Source of the DNA: Antedon mediterranea | Lineage: Eukaryota > Animalia > Echinodermata | NCBI RefSeq assembly: GCF_964355755.1 | Contig: NC_092678.1 | Span: 19,299,365 to 19,363,364, forward strand | Length of the DNA: 64,000 nucleotides | Direction of reading: 5' to 3' | Shown here: positions 51,391 to 64,000 of the stretch, in pieces | Layout: every line of letters begins with the position of its first letter | Position numbering within the stretch: the stretch's first letter is position 1 | Notes under the pieces: model-generated | The model's input: only the letters and a program-made list of their open reading frames with translations | Told to the model about the DNA's origin: nothing | Databases searched by the model: none | Made by a program: the position numbers and the translations under genes

Positions 51391-53089
51391 ACTATCAAAC
51401 TTTATGTGAAAAAAAAATGTGATTTACCCATACATTATATCATATTTAAACACATCACACTTTTTTTTGTCAAACTACTTTAATAATGTAGACAGCTTTA
51501 TACAGTAATTCACTTTGTTCCTAATAAAATAACTTTATATTGTGTCTACATTGTCAATCATTTTGGAGTACTTTATAAGCTAGACAAATTATATAAATCA
51601 AAATGTTACTGTAAACAAATAAAAATATTGTAATATTAATAATGATTTATTAATTTCTTTTGAGGGACCATGTCAACATTGTTCTACTGCAGTAATAACT
51701 ACATTTTGCTTACTTTTTGAAAACCTGATGTTATTTAACTTTTTGGGGCGTCATTACACACTATTGGTGGGACTCAATCATGCATCATGATGAAACAAAA
51801 CTACAATAGTGTGTACGTCTGCAGTAAAAAGTGTAAAGTCTGCAGTAACTAATTTTGTGTAAATTTGATAGCAATGACTGCCTTATAAACTTCAATTGAA
51901 TGATACTAAAAGTACACATGTACACAATAAAACAATTTACTTCATTACAATAATTTCATATACTTTTTTTTAAGAAGCATGGTATTACACTAAAACATAT
52001 AAAAACATTTTTTTTTTTTTTTTAATTTGTGTTTTATTATTATTTTGTATTTTATCATAAATTACCAGTCTTTTTTATTGTATTGCAATACCATAGAAAC
52101 TAATAAATGTTGAATTATTATTATTAATATTTTTTATTATTAATATTCTTTAATTTTCAATCAAAAGCATTATACTAAATTAGCCATTACGTTAGTATTC
52201 AACTTTTGTATATTTTTACCTTTATCCAAAGAACATTGTATTGCAGAGTAAACATGGATTACATATTTCTCCATGGTATAAACAAAACAATATTAAAACT
52301 TGCCTTAATTTATAGATTTAAAGTGTGAGTGTGATACATTATATTATAGATAGTCAAATAAAGATTTATTTCCGATTTAAATTAAAATGTTGTTGTTATT
52401 CATTTTTGAATTGGCTATTTTACAGTTAGTATTAGCTTCAAAAGCCACTGGATATTTTACTCTTTTTCGGACTGGAAAATCCTTCTCTAACAGGCGAAAA
52501 AGATTTTCATGTCAAAAAAGTAAAGAAAATAATTGTATATTACTACAAAATCAACCAAACGTATCCAATCTCCTTACAGGGTTGCACATTGGCGCATTAC
52601 TTAAAAATATGTATGAAAATGTCATATCTTTTGCATTGAAATTAATTTCCTCCTTTGGATCTGCCTATGTTGCACCCCTATTTGACATGTGGGAGAATCG
52701 GTAAATAATTTGATTGTCTGTGTTTGATAGTAGATCTAATCTTCTCTACTTTATCTTGATTAATACTCAAGTAAGGTGTGCGGAATGTTTTAATAATTGC
52801 ATAATGTCAACAATGTGTTTAGCAAATGTTGATTTAATAGCGGAGTACCTCAGTGTTTGTTGTGACAACAGAGACAAGGGATAACGACAAAGTAATGAGT
52901 TTAAAATGAATTTCTGCATGGGATAACTCAATGTAATTATTTTGTTATTCAATCTCTAGTATGTGTGAAGGTAAATTGAAATTATCAGGCCAACAAGAAA
53001 TTAAAAAAATTAAACCTTTGCTTACAGTTATCATTAAACCCAAGAAAATAATTTTACAATGATAAACTGTATACATGATTAAATGATCT

Positions 53090-53920
53090 AAATTATATTC
53101 GAGTTAGAACCGATGATCCAAGTCATATAATCAAGTTAGAACCGATAATCTAAATCATATTCGAGTTATAGAACCGATGATCCAAATCATATTCGAGTTA
53201 AAACCGATGATCCAAATCATATTTGAGTTAGAACTGATGATCCAATCATATTCATGCTAGAACCGATGATCCAAGTCATATAATCAAGTTAGAACCGATG
53301 ATCTAAATCATATTCGAGTTATAGAACCGATGATCCAAATCATATTCGAGTTAGAACCGATGATCCAAATCATATTCGAGTTAGAAGCGATGATCCAATC
53401 ATATTCGAGTTAGAAGCGACGATCCAAATCATATTCAAGTTAGAACCGATGATCCAAATCATATTCGAGTTAGAACCGATGATCCAAGTAATATAATCAA
53501 GTTAGAACCAATGATCTAAATCATAATCGAGTTATAGAACCGATGATCCAAATCATATTCGAGTTAAAACCGATGATCCAAATCATATTCGAGTTAGAAC
53601 CGATGATCCAATCATATTCATGTTAGAACCGATGATCCAAGTCATATAATCAAGTTAGAACCGATGATCCAAATCATATTCGAGTTATAGAACCGATGAT
53701 CCAAATCATATTCGAGTTAGAACCGATGATCCAGATCATATTCGAGTTAGAAGCGATGATCCAATCATATTCGAGTTAGAAGCGACGATCCAAATCATAT
53801 TCAAGTTAGAACCGATGATCCAAATCATATTCGAGTTAGAACCGATGATCCAAGTAATATAATCAAGTTAGAACCGATGATCCAAATCATAATCGAGTTA
53901 AAACCAATGATCCAATTATA
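53090..53920. repeat. 30-bp satellite with a 366-bp higher-order period
   Basis: Unit GAGTTAGAACCGATGATCCAAATCATATTC; the variant pattern recurs at 53101, 53467 and 53833. Confidence 0.9.
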
Positions 53921-54802
53921 TAATTGAGTTAATAAGCTAATCCACAATTTGACTTCTACCAAATGAAATGATCCCCCACCCAACAGGATCCTCGCCAGTG
54001 ACTCCAAGAGACCACAATTTATTTTAAGACCATCCAATAAAAATACGACAGTGTACACATAGAAACATAGTGTAGTGAGTTTTTATTTTTCTTTTAATGT
54101 ATTTACAAAATGAAACTATAAAAGAAGTGTTCAAAATATTCACATGCCTTGATAATATTCAAGCTTATTCAACACTTTACCGAAACCTGAATTGTTTTAA
54201 ACGGTGCATTGAGCGGCAACCAATTATATTAATAATCCTCATAATCATAATATTATATTGTGTGTGGGGTGTTGAATCCTATCAGTAAACACCCTCACCC
54301 ACTCATGGTTAAATTTCCGCACCAATTTTAGCCCTCAGACTACAGGTATAATTTAAGCCACAACTATGAATAGACATAATTCAACTATCTAATCTGTTTT
54401 CTTACACATCAAACATTGCTATTCACTCTATACAATTATATCGCACTAGCATTGTAACATATTGAACATACGACTGCAATGATAAATTGGATCTATATTG
54501 ATTTTAGCTCTACTAAACGCTAACATTCCACTGTTGTCCTGTTCATAACGCTGGGAAATAATTAATCAACTAAAACAAACATTCTGACTTACTACCCCTA
54601 ACCTATTAGACTTTTTCTGAATGTTAAATGGGGTAGTTTTCTTGAATAATACAGTGATGTATAACCACAAGAAATAAAGTGAGTGTGGTTTCGCAAGACA
54701 ATCACTGTTCAAGCCACTACTGTAGGTTGTCAAACCCCTCTATGAATAAGTGGTAAGGTTGAAACATTACCAACTGTACTGGTGGCTATTGCCCTGTAAC
54801 AA

Positions 54803-55065
54803 TGGGTGCTGGTCAACCCGTACCCAAACCAACCCGTACCCATGCCAACTCGTACCCAACTTGGCTAACCCGTACCCAAATAATTGGTCAACTCGTACCC
54901 ACTTTGGCTAACCCGTACCCAAACCAACCCGTACCCATGCCAACTCGTACCTAAATATTTGGCTTACTCGTACCCAAGTATTTGGCTTACTCGTACCCAT
55001 TTTTTGGCTTACCCGTACCCATTTTTGGCTTACTCGTACCCATTATTTGGCCTACTCGTACCCAA
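54803..55065. mobile_element. One end of a DNA transposon with (ACYCGTACCC)n subterminal repeats
   Basis: About 14 copies of ACYCGTACCC; the opposite end is not seen in the window. Confidence 0.5.
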
Positions 55066-55914
55066 TTTGAATAATTACTTGTAATGATTTGATCGGCGTA
55101 AAACTAGTGGTATGCTTTTGCCGTATGAATATTTTTATATTTAAATTGTTTTTTTATTTTACATACAGGTCTCGGTGAAATGTGTGCTAATAAAAATGAC
55201 CATTGATTTGATTGTAGACTTCGTTTAATTAGGCATATATTTGTTAACATTTATTTAAATCTAGTATTATAGTTTTATAAACGTATGTTTGATGTGTCTT
55301 TTTTATTTACGTAAGAGAACATTAATTAATAAAAAAATATTTTAACTGTTGTATAGTTAGTATTACAATTCAATTAAGCCCAGGTAAAGTACCAACAACG
55401 TATAATTTTATACTTATCAATTTTTATTCTTTTATTTTATTCTAATTATCTTCCCTGATTACATTCGATCAAGTAATTATTTCTATTGTATTTGGTATAT
55501 TTAAAATTGGTTGAATTAACAACACCCTGTTTTAAGCGAAAAGCCTGCCGGGCTATGGGGTCGAATTACTCGTAGATTTCGTGTTACGTGTTTTTTCTGA
55601 CCGGGATTAACCTTTTATTATAAAAAACACGCATTTATAGGGCCGGTGTAAGATTGAAATGTGTCCATCATTCAAAAGTGTCCGGGTGGACACTTTTCAG
55701 CATTGGATAGTGTCCAATTGCATGTTTCAACGGGTTCGCGGGCGTTTTCCAACAATTTAATGCTGTCCGGCGCGTTTAATAATGTCTGACCCTTGGATTG
55801 AATACCGTCCGTGGTTGAGATTTGAGATTCAGGTTTTGATCGTGATTGCGCATGCACTTGTCTTTTTTTAACGACCACTATTTGTTAATAATGCCAAACT
55901 AGTTTTTATTTTTC

Positions 55915-58900
55915 AAAGATAACTTGGCTTAAAACACCTCCAATTAGCGACCATTATATTATTTGGTATGAATAAAGACAAGAAGAATAAATAACAATAT
56001 AATAATAATCATGTAATAAAAACAAGTAATTATACTGGTCCTCTTCCAATTAAAGAACACTTTAGTTTAGACACTTCCAATTAGCGACCATTTTTATTGT
56101 TTTGTATGAGTAAAGACAAGAGTAATAATAGTTTTTAATCATGTGACAAAAAACAAGTAATTGTACTGGTCCTCTTCCAATTAAAGATCACTTAAAATTA
56201 AACACTTCCAATTAGCGACCGTTTTATTATTTTGTATGAGTAAAGACAAGAATAATAAATAGTTTATAATCATGTGATAAAAAACAAGTAATTGTACTGG
56301 TCCTCTTCCAATTAAAGATCACTTAAATTTAAACACTTCCAATTAGCGACCGTTATTATTGTTTTGTATGAATAGAAACAAGAAGAATAAATAGATTTTA
56401 ATCATGTGATAAAAAACAAGTAATTGTACTGGTCCTCTTCCAATTAAAGATCACTTTAATTTAAACACTTCCAATTAGCGACCGTTATATTATTTTGTAT
56501 GAATAAAGGCAAGAATAATAAATAGATTTTAATCATATGACAAAAAAACAAGTAATTGTACTGGTCCTCTTTCAATTAAAGATCACTTTACTTTAAGACA
56601 CTTCCAATTAGCGACCGTTATATTGTTTTGTATGAGTACAGACAAGAAGAATAAATAGATTTTAATCATGTGATAAAAAACAAGTAATTGTACTGGTCCT
56701 CTTCCAATTAAAGGTCACTTTACTGTAAGACACTTCCAATTAGCGACCGTTATATTATTTTGTATGAGTACAGACAAGAAGAATAAATAGATTTTAATCA
56801 TGTGATAAAAAACAAGTAATTGTACTGGTCCTCTTCCAATGAAAGATCACTTTACTTTAAGACACTTCCAATTAGCGACCGTTATATTATTTTTTATGAA
56901 TAAAAACATGAAGCATAAATAGTTTATAATCATGTGATATAAAATAAGTAATTGTACTGGTCTTCTTCCAATTAAAGATCACTTTACTTTAAGACACTTC
57001 CAATTAGCGACCGTTATATTATTTTGTATGAGTACAGACAATTAGAAGAATAAATAGATTTTAATCATGTAATAAAAAACAAGTAATTGTACTGGTCCTC
57101 TTCCAATGAAAGATCACTTTACTTTAAGACACTTCCATTTAGCGACCGTTATATTATTTTGTATGAGTACAGACAATAAGAATAAATAGATTTTAATCAT
57201 GTGATAAAAAAACAAGTAATTGTACTGGTCCTCTTCCAATTAAAGATCACTTTACTTTAAGACACTTCCAATTAGCGACCGTTATATTATTTTGTATGAG
57301 TACAGACAAGAATAATAAATAGATTTTAATCAGGTGATAAAAAATAAGTAATTGTACTGGTCCTCTTCCAATTAAAGGTCACTTTACTTCAAGAAACTTC
57401 CATTTAGCGACCGTTATATTATTTTGTATGAATAAAGACAAGAATAATAAATAGTTTATAATCATGTGATATAAAATAAGTAATTGTACGGGTACTCTTC
57501 CAATTAAAGGTCACTTTACTGTAAGACACTTCCAATTAGCGACCGTTATATTATTTTGTATGAGTACAGACAAGAAGAATAAATAGATTTTAATCATGTG
57601 ATAAAAAACAAGTAATTGTACTGGTCCTCTTCCAATGAAAGATCACTTTACTTTAAGACACTTCCAATTAGCGACCGTTATATTATTTTTTATGAATAAA
57701 AACAAGAAGCATAAATAGTTTATAATCATGTGATATAAAATAAGTAATTGTACTGGTCCTCTTCCAATTAAAGGTCACTTTACTGTAAGACACCTCCAAT
57801 TAGCGACCGTTATATTATTTTGTATGAGTACAGACAATTAGAAGAATAAATAGATTTTAATCATGTGATAAAAAACAAGTAATTGTACTGGTCCTCTTCC
57901 AATGAAAGATCACTTTACTTTAAGACACTTCCAATTAGCGACCGTTATATTATTTTGTATGAGTACAGACAAGAAGAATAAATAGATTTTAATCATGTGA
58001 TAAAAAACAAGTAATTGTACTGGTCCTCTTCCAATTAAAGATCACTTTACTTTAAGACACTTCCAATTAGCGACCGTTATATTATTTTGTATGAGTACAG
58101 ACAAGAAGAATAAATAGATTTTAATCATGTGATAAAAAATAAGTAATTGTACTGGTCCTCTTCCAATTAAAGGTCACTTTACTGTAAGACACTTCCATTT
58201 AGCGACCGTTATATTATTTTGTATGAGTACAGACAAGAAGAATAAATAGATTTTAATCATGTGATAAAAAACAAGTAATTGTACTGGTCCTCTTCCAATT
58301 AAAGATCACTTTACTTTAAGACACTTCCAATTAGCGACCGTTATATTATTTTGTATGAGTACAGACAAGAAGAATAAATAGATTTTAATCATGTGATAAA
58401 AAATAAGTAATTGTACTGGTCCTCTTCCAATTAAAGGTCACTTTACTGTAAGACACTTCCATTTAGCGACCGTTATATTATTTTGTATGAGTACAGACAA
58501 GAAGAATAAATAGATTTTATTCATGTGATAAAAAACAAGTAATTGTACTGGTCCTCTTCCAATGAAAGATCACTTTACTTTAAAACACTTCCAATTAGCG
58601 ACCGTTATATTATTTTTTATGAATAAAAACAAGAAGCATAAATAGTTTATAATCATGTGATATAAAATAAGTAATTGTACTGGTCCTCTTCCAATTAAAG
58701 GTCACTTTACTGTAAGACACCTCCAATTAGCGACCGTTATATTATTTTGTATGAGTACAGACAATTAGAAGAATAAATAGATTTTAATCATGTGATAAAA
58801 AACAAGTAATTGTACTGGTCCTCTTCCAATGAAAGATCACTTTACTTTAAGACACTTCCATTTAGCGACCGTTATATTATTTTGTATGAGTACAGACAAG

Positions 58901-59335
58901 AAGAATAAATAGATTTTAATCATGTGATAAAAAACAAGTAATTGTACTGGTCCTCTTCCAATTAAAGATCACTTTACTTTAAGACACTTCCAATTAGCGA
59001 CCGTTATATTATTTTGTATGAGTACAGACAAGAAGAATAAATAGATTTTAATCATGTGATAAAAAATAAGTAATTGTACTGGTCCTTTTCCAATTAAAGG
59101 TCACTTTACTTTAAGACACTTCCATTTAGCGACCGTTATATTATTTTGTATGAATAAAGACAAGAAGAATAAATACTAGTTAAGACAAGAAGAATAAATA
59201 GTTTATAATCATGTGATAAAAAACAAGTAATTGTACGGGTCCTCTTCCAATTATAGATCACTTTAGTTTAAACACTTCCAATTAGCGACCGTTATATTAT
59301 TTTGTACGAGTAAAGACAAGAAGAATAAATAGTTT
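55915..59335. repeat. 132-bp tandem satellite, about 25 copies
   Basis: Unit begins ACACTTCCAATTAGCGACCGTTATATTATTTTGTATGAGTACAGACAAG; period measured at 58189, 58321 and 58453. Confidence 0.95.
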
Positions 59336-60185
59336 ACTTGTTTAATCCCCAATCAATTAAAAGTTGCACCTTTTTATAATCAACACGATATAGCTGATCT
59401 CTTGAAAAAACATAATCAGTTTTACTGAAGTATTATGTTAATTGGTACATTGATCGTCACATCGAGAATATGGTAGGGGTGTCACACTATGTGCGTCTAG
59501 GGTGAATGCAAAGATAATGACATCGATATAGCGCCACATCAACACGTTTTTATGCACCTTTGGTGTAAGTATTTATTTTAGTATTTTGTCCTTAAATCAG
59601 AATTTATATTCAAAGAAAAAATGACTTGTTATGTAAAAAAACAACAATTCGGTATCTGGAATCTTAAAATTAATGTATCTATAAAAATAATTAATATGGG
59701 ATAGGCCTGAGACCTCATACATTTGTTAATAGGGCTACTTTATTGAACCTTCATTTTATCGGATGTTATAAGAACGCTTGCTTCAACCGATTCTTTTTTT
59801 GAACAGCATTTTGTTTAAAGGCGATTGTGTTATTTTCAATGTTTAATAAACTTCTGGAATTTCAGAGAAACCCATTTTAATAAACAAAAGCTTCTTATAA
59901 AATGTGCTTACTGGATAATGTTTCATACATGTTTGGCTGGTTCAAATTTACTTTACTTTTGCTTTTCCGCTACTCCCCTGTTATACTATATATTTGTTGT
60001 TATGTAGAAAGATTGAAAATAAATTCATTCATTCATTCTTCTTTTATTTCGGAAAAAAAAAATACTCCATAGTTCAGTAACAAGTGTACATTATTGTAAA
60101 TATAACAAATACATATACATATATATATATATATATATAATATATATGTATTTGTTATATTTACAATAATGTACACTTGTTACTG

Positions 60186-60220
<35 letters not shown>

Positions 60221-60736
60221 TGTGTTCCAACCGTACCACGCCGAGAATGTTAAAGGGTCGTTATCCGGTCGAGTTAAAGAACAATACCATGAAAGCCCCA
60301 GTGGTCTAATGGTTAGGGCAACTGCATATCAAGCCGACGGTCCGAGTTCGAGCCTCGGTTGGGGCGACTTTTTCTCATTCTCTCAGATTTCCTCATCTTT
60401 ATCGTTTCAAAAATTAATTAAATCATTTTCAGTGTATCACCGGGCGGTTTGGAATTTATTTCTATGCCTGTTGTGTTTACAACTGAGGACTAGTGCTGTT
60501 CCGCCGTACCACGCCGAGAATGTTAAAGAGTCGCTATCCAATCGAGTTCGAACCGTGAAAGCCCCAGTGGTCTAACGGTTAGGACATCTGCATATCAAGC
60601 AGGCGGTCCGAGTTCGAGTCTCGGTTGGGGCGACTTTAACTCATTCTCACAGATTTCCTCATCTTTATCGTTTCAAATTAATTAATTAAATTTCAGTATA
60701 TTACCGGGCGGTTTAGAATTAATGTTCTATGCTACA
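60221..60736 (+). mobile_element. Tandem pair of ~275-bp tRNA-cored units with TGT...ACA ends, next to (TA)n
   Basis: Units start near 60223 and 60497; tRNA-like cores at 60295-60366 and 60561-60632. Confidence 0.7.
60561..60632 (+). tRNA. tRNA-like cloverleaf, anticodon ATC (probably a repeat-borne pseudo-tRNA)
   Basis: GCCCCAG TG GTCT AACGGTTA GGAC A TCTGC ATATCAA GCAGG CGGT CCGAG TTCGAGT CTCGG TTGGGGC G. All four stems pair; A at position 32 and the AUC anticodon are atypical. Confidence 0.45.
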
Positions 60737-61771
60737 TAGTCACGTGGTTAGAACAATAGTTTCATATATCTACTATGTAGATTGGATGAATGAAAAGCAA
60801 ATTCATGAATACATTACAAATAAATGTATGAATTGTGAATTACAAAAATATTAAATGTTGTTATCTTGTCAGAATGAGTTGTAAATATGAACGAGTTTTG
60901 TAAACATAAATTATATATCATTGATCATTACTTATATTAACAGGATAAAATAATAATAGTGTAATAATAATGAACAATAGTTACAGAAAAATATTTATTT
61001 ATTTATTTATTTATTGCTATTAAAACTTGTTTCAGTAAGTGTGTTTGTATTTATTTTACTTTGTTATTGATCATCATTGGTCTGGCTACCAATACATTGG
61101 AAGCACGCAAGCCTCGCTACCACGTCAAGGTTGATGATCATAGCGAGGGTAGGTTGCACGTTTGTATGTGCCCCTTTGACCAAAGAAAACATATTATAGA
61201 AGAAAATTGCATAACATTATGAAACAGAATCATATGAGTTGTAAATATGAAAAAGTTTTTTAAACATAAAAATACAATAAAAATAAACACTAGTTACAAT
61301 CTAATTCACGTACTTTTACCTTACCGGACCTTTAGTCGCGTTATTCTTTTATACAATCTGCTTTTTAATTAATTTTTTAATCCTTGTAGCGATCAAAGCA
61401 GGGCGCATGACACATCATTGCATGTTTACACTGGACACACTGTATTTGATCTGTTGTTACCTGCCATTAGACCCCTTGAGCCTTTGACGTACCTATGCTC
61501 AGATATTCGTCTTCCGTTGATTCAATGAAAGATGGTGACGCTTTAATTAGCCGCTGTGGTGAATCTATGTTCTTCTTTCTGGTCCGACAAATGCAATTGG
61601 TATTTCTTCGTCGATGAGTTTCAGACAAAGCCGACAATCTCCTCTTGACGGAAGCACCTGTAAAAAATCAAAGCATTAACGAAACTTACCTCTATAAGGT
61701 AAACAAATACCCTTTTCACCATTTAATGCTTCTGTGTATGTTGAGATTACCGGTCATAGGTAGGCCTACAG

Positions 61772-63867
61772 TTAAAGAGTGACGTTGTATGAATCAACAT
61801 ATAATTGTCCAGGTACTTCATTGTTGCTCTGATGAATCCTTTCCGGGAAATGTTCCATGTCACAAAGCAAATTGAATATATTTGGATCGATATCATCTTT
61901 TAGATGGTTGACTGCTTCAATGTCATAATGTGTGTCCGTGAATTCAGATACGTATATAACGTCCATAATGCCTTCGGAACGCATTACCGCTTCATCTTCG
62001 TAATTATCTACCAGAGCAGCATTGAGGGTCACATCGGATACAATATCCCAGTATTTCCGTGCAAGGTGGTTTTTGATTGGTGCGTATGGTGTACGAGTGT
62101 ATTTTAATTCAGCGTCATAAGTTTTCTTGTCTACATCCAGGACAGGCTCAAAGTGTGCACATAAGTTTGATAGGTAGATGTTTCTTTCAGATACTAAATC
62201 ACCAAACTGATTACTTATTGGTGCATATTTCAACCATTCATAATGTGGAAGCCCTTTCCTTCTTCCATATTTACTGTAAACATAAACATTCGTATTTGAC
62301 ATGGTCGCAAATGCCATGATTTCGATGTCCGAACCCCATGTCCCATATTCCCCCATTCTCGTGTCTTCCACGTATCGTTCAAATGATCTGGATTCAATTT
62401 TTTCAAATAGGTTTTTGTTCATGGACATATAGTTTAGTATGTAATCCCGTACAACTACATGGTAGTTCTGGACACCAAAGAGAATATAACTCAAAGCCCT
62501 AAAAAGACAGTTGCCGTCCCCTCTCATATTAACAACTTTAGTAGGCCTGGCTGCCTTGTCCATTTCACATTTTAAGTGAGTTTTGTGAAAATTTTTGACA
62601 TTGATACCAAATGGTGCTGCCTTTTCAAGCTGCCAATTGGCATCGACAGGAAAGAATAACTTTCTTGAAGTTTTCGTGTTGAGGTATACCACATCACTAT
62701 CAGATACAGGCCTACTGTTGTCATGGTCATCATCCGGTGCGACATTATCATTGTCTAATGTAGGTATGTTATCGTGATTATCCAGTGTGATATCATCGTT
62801 CTTGGATGTAGGTATGTTAATGTGATCATCCGGTGTGATATCATAATTCTTGGATGTAGGTCTGTTATCGTTATCATCAACATTCTTGGATGTAGGTATG
62901 TTAATAATGTGATCATCCGGTGTGATATCACCATTCTTGGATGTAGGTATGTTATCATGGTGCGTTACTTCAGGTGGGATGTCTGGCGTTCGCTTTCGTT
63001 TCTTTGGAGGGAGATGCTTATCATTGGTATTACATTTCTGTTTAGTGCTTGATGATGGACAGTTCAAAGAGGTTGTTTTATCGGACTTGTAATGTCTGAT
63101 CTTGTTTCCGTTAACAATAGCCCTTCTTCCTTTTAGTCGATATGTATTGTGAGTGAGGACTTTTTCTATAATATATGGACCAGTCCATCGAGCATTAAGT
63201 TTGCCTCCCTTTCTTGACAAATTTCTGGAATTCTGCAAGAGCACTTGATCTCCTGCATAGTACGTGTTGCTTTTAACACCAGCATCATGATAATGTTTTT
63301 GCTTTTTCTGTGCTTTTTTGATATTTTCTGATGCCTTTCTCCTTGAATCTTTGAGTTTCAAAAAAGCGTCCACTCTTATTTTTAAAGGAACAGTTCCGGA
63401 TATGTCATCTTTATTAGACGAAACGATGGGAATACGTAATTCTACAGGCAACACAGCCTTTCTACCGTAAACTAATGAGAATGGGTCACATTTCGTAGAC
63501 TTGTGCTCGGATGTTCTGTAGGCAAACAACACGTATGGGAGTTGTATATCCCAGTCATTTTGGTCTGCGTTGGTCAACGTCATAAGCATTGTGCAAAGTG
63601 TTCTGTTAAAGCGCTCCGTTTGCCCGCCTGTTTGAGGATGGTATGGTGAGGCAACTCTGTGGTCTACCCCAATCAGCTTACAGAAGCTGTCATTCAGCTC
63701 ATTACAAAACTCTCTACCCTGGTCTGTAATCAATATAGAAGGTGTTCCATGTCTGCAGACAAAATCAATAAAAGATCTCAGCACTGTTTTAGCAGATTTA
63801 TCTGGAATTGCATCAGCTTCCACCCATTTGGTAAGGTACTCCGTAAATACAAGTAAGTACCGATTAC
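61772..63867 (-). CDS. Gypsy-like DDE integrase/transposase + GPY/F + OTU cysteine protease (exon of a Ginger1 transposase)
   Basis: The exon starts after a tttcag acceptor (GNRYLLVFTEYLTKWVEA). It contains ITDQGREF, PYHPQTGGQTERFNRTL, WTGPY, NLS-like PPKKRKR, an IPTSKN repeat linker and OTU motifs GDGNCLFRAL, WGSDIEI, AHFEPV. No stops over about 698 codons. Confidence 0.92.
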
Positions 63868-64000
63868 CTGAAACACAGCAAATAATAATATAATAAGCCG
63901 TAATAATAGTAGTGTCAAAATGTCATGATGAGATGTACAACACCCGAACTGTACGAATGAAATAACAATAATAATAACAATATTAATATCAATAAATATA

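Larger units (their letters stand above)
55647..64000 (-). mobile_element. Ginger1-type (Gypsy-integrase-related) DNA transposon, 3' part
   Basis: Candidate terminus CCGG|TGTAAGATTGAAATGTGTCC with GTGTCC/GGACAC subterminal repeats; spliced integrase-OTU ORF; no RT, RNase H or LTR visible. Confidence 0.65.

Noticed and set aside
53090-59335. CRISPR-like appearance of the repeat arrays
   Set aside because: Head-to-tail repeats with no unique spacers, no cas genes and a eukaryotic context.
61772-63823. Gypsy LTR retrotransposon pol, or a domesticated GIN1/GIN2 gene
   Set aside because: The intron within the integrase, the OTU fusion and the CCGG|TGT terminus fit Ginger1 better; not fully excluded because the 5' part lies outside the window.
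17919-63867. A ubiquitin-themed system (UBE2N, DCAF1 and a transposon OTU in one window)
   Set aside because: Animal genes are not normally clustered by function and the OTU is on a mobile element; nothing in the sequence links them.

Overview
AT-rich, intron-dense animal genomic DNA. It is probably a marine invertebrate; frequent TAGGCCTA and a Deu/Nin-type SINE suggest an echinoderm (inference only). I reconstructed these host genes by hand from splice sites: two tandem DBH-like copper monooxygenase (MOXD1-like) genes on the minus strand (one complete, 13 exons, about 596 aa; one running off the left edge) plus an orphan last exon of a third copy; UBE2N/Ubc13 (5 coding exons, 151 aa); DCAF1/VprBP (32 coding exons, about 1420 aa, with one GC-AG and one U12-type intron); and, head-to-head with DCAF1, a Cys-type MsrB3 ending in KSEL. 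The right end holds an intron-containing Gypsy-like integrase fused to an intact OTU deubiquitinase domain (Ginger1-type DNA transposon). Its probable terminus (CCGG|TGTAA) at 55647 encloses a 132-bp satellite and a tRNA-cored tandem pair. Best leads: (1) MsrB3 exon 1 appears dual-coding, with an ER-signal-like peptide in one frame and a mitochondrial-presequence-like peptide in an overlapping frame, each with its own in-frame donor; (2) the integrase-OTU transposon and its cargo; (3) Penelope-type minimal hammerhead ribozymes in introns; (4) related structured segments in three nearby DCAF1 introns (H/ACA snoRNA candidate); (5) tRNA-cored tandem or permuted repeat units and a Helentron-like element carrying tRNA-Val copies. 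All calls come from manual reading; no searches were run.
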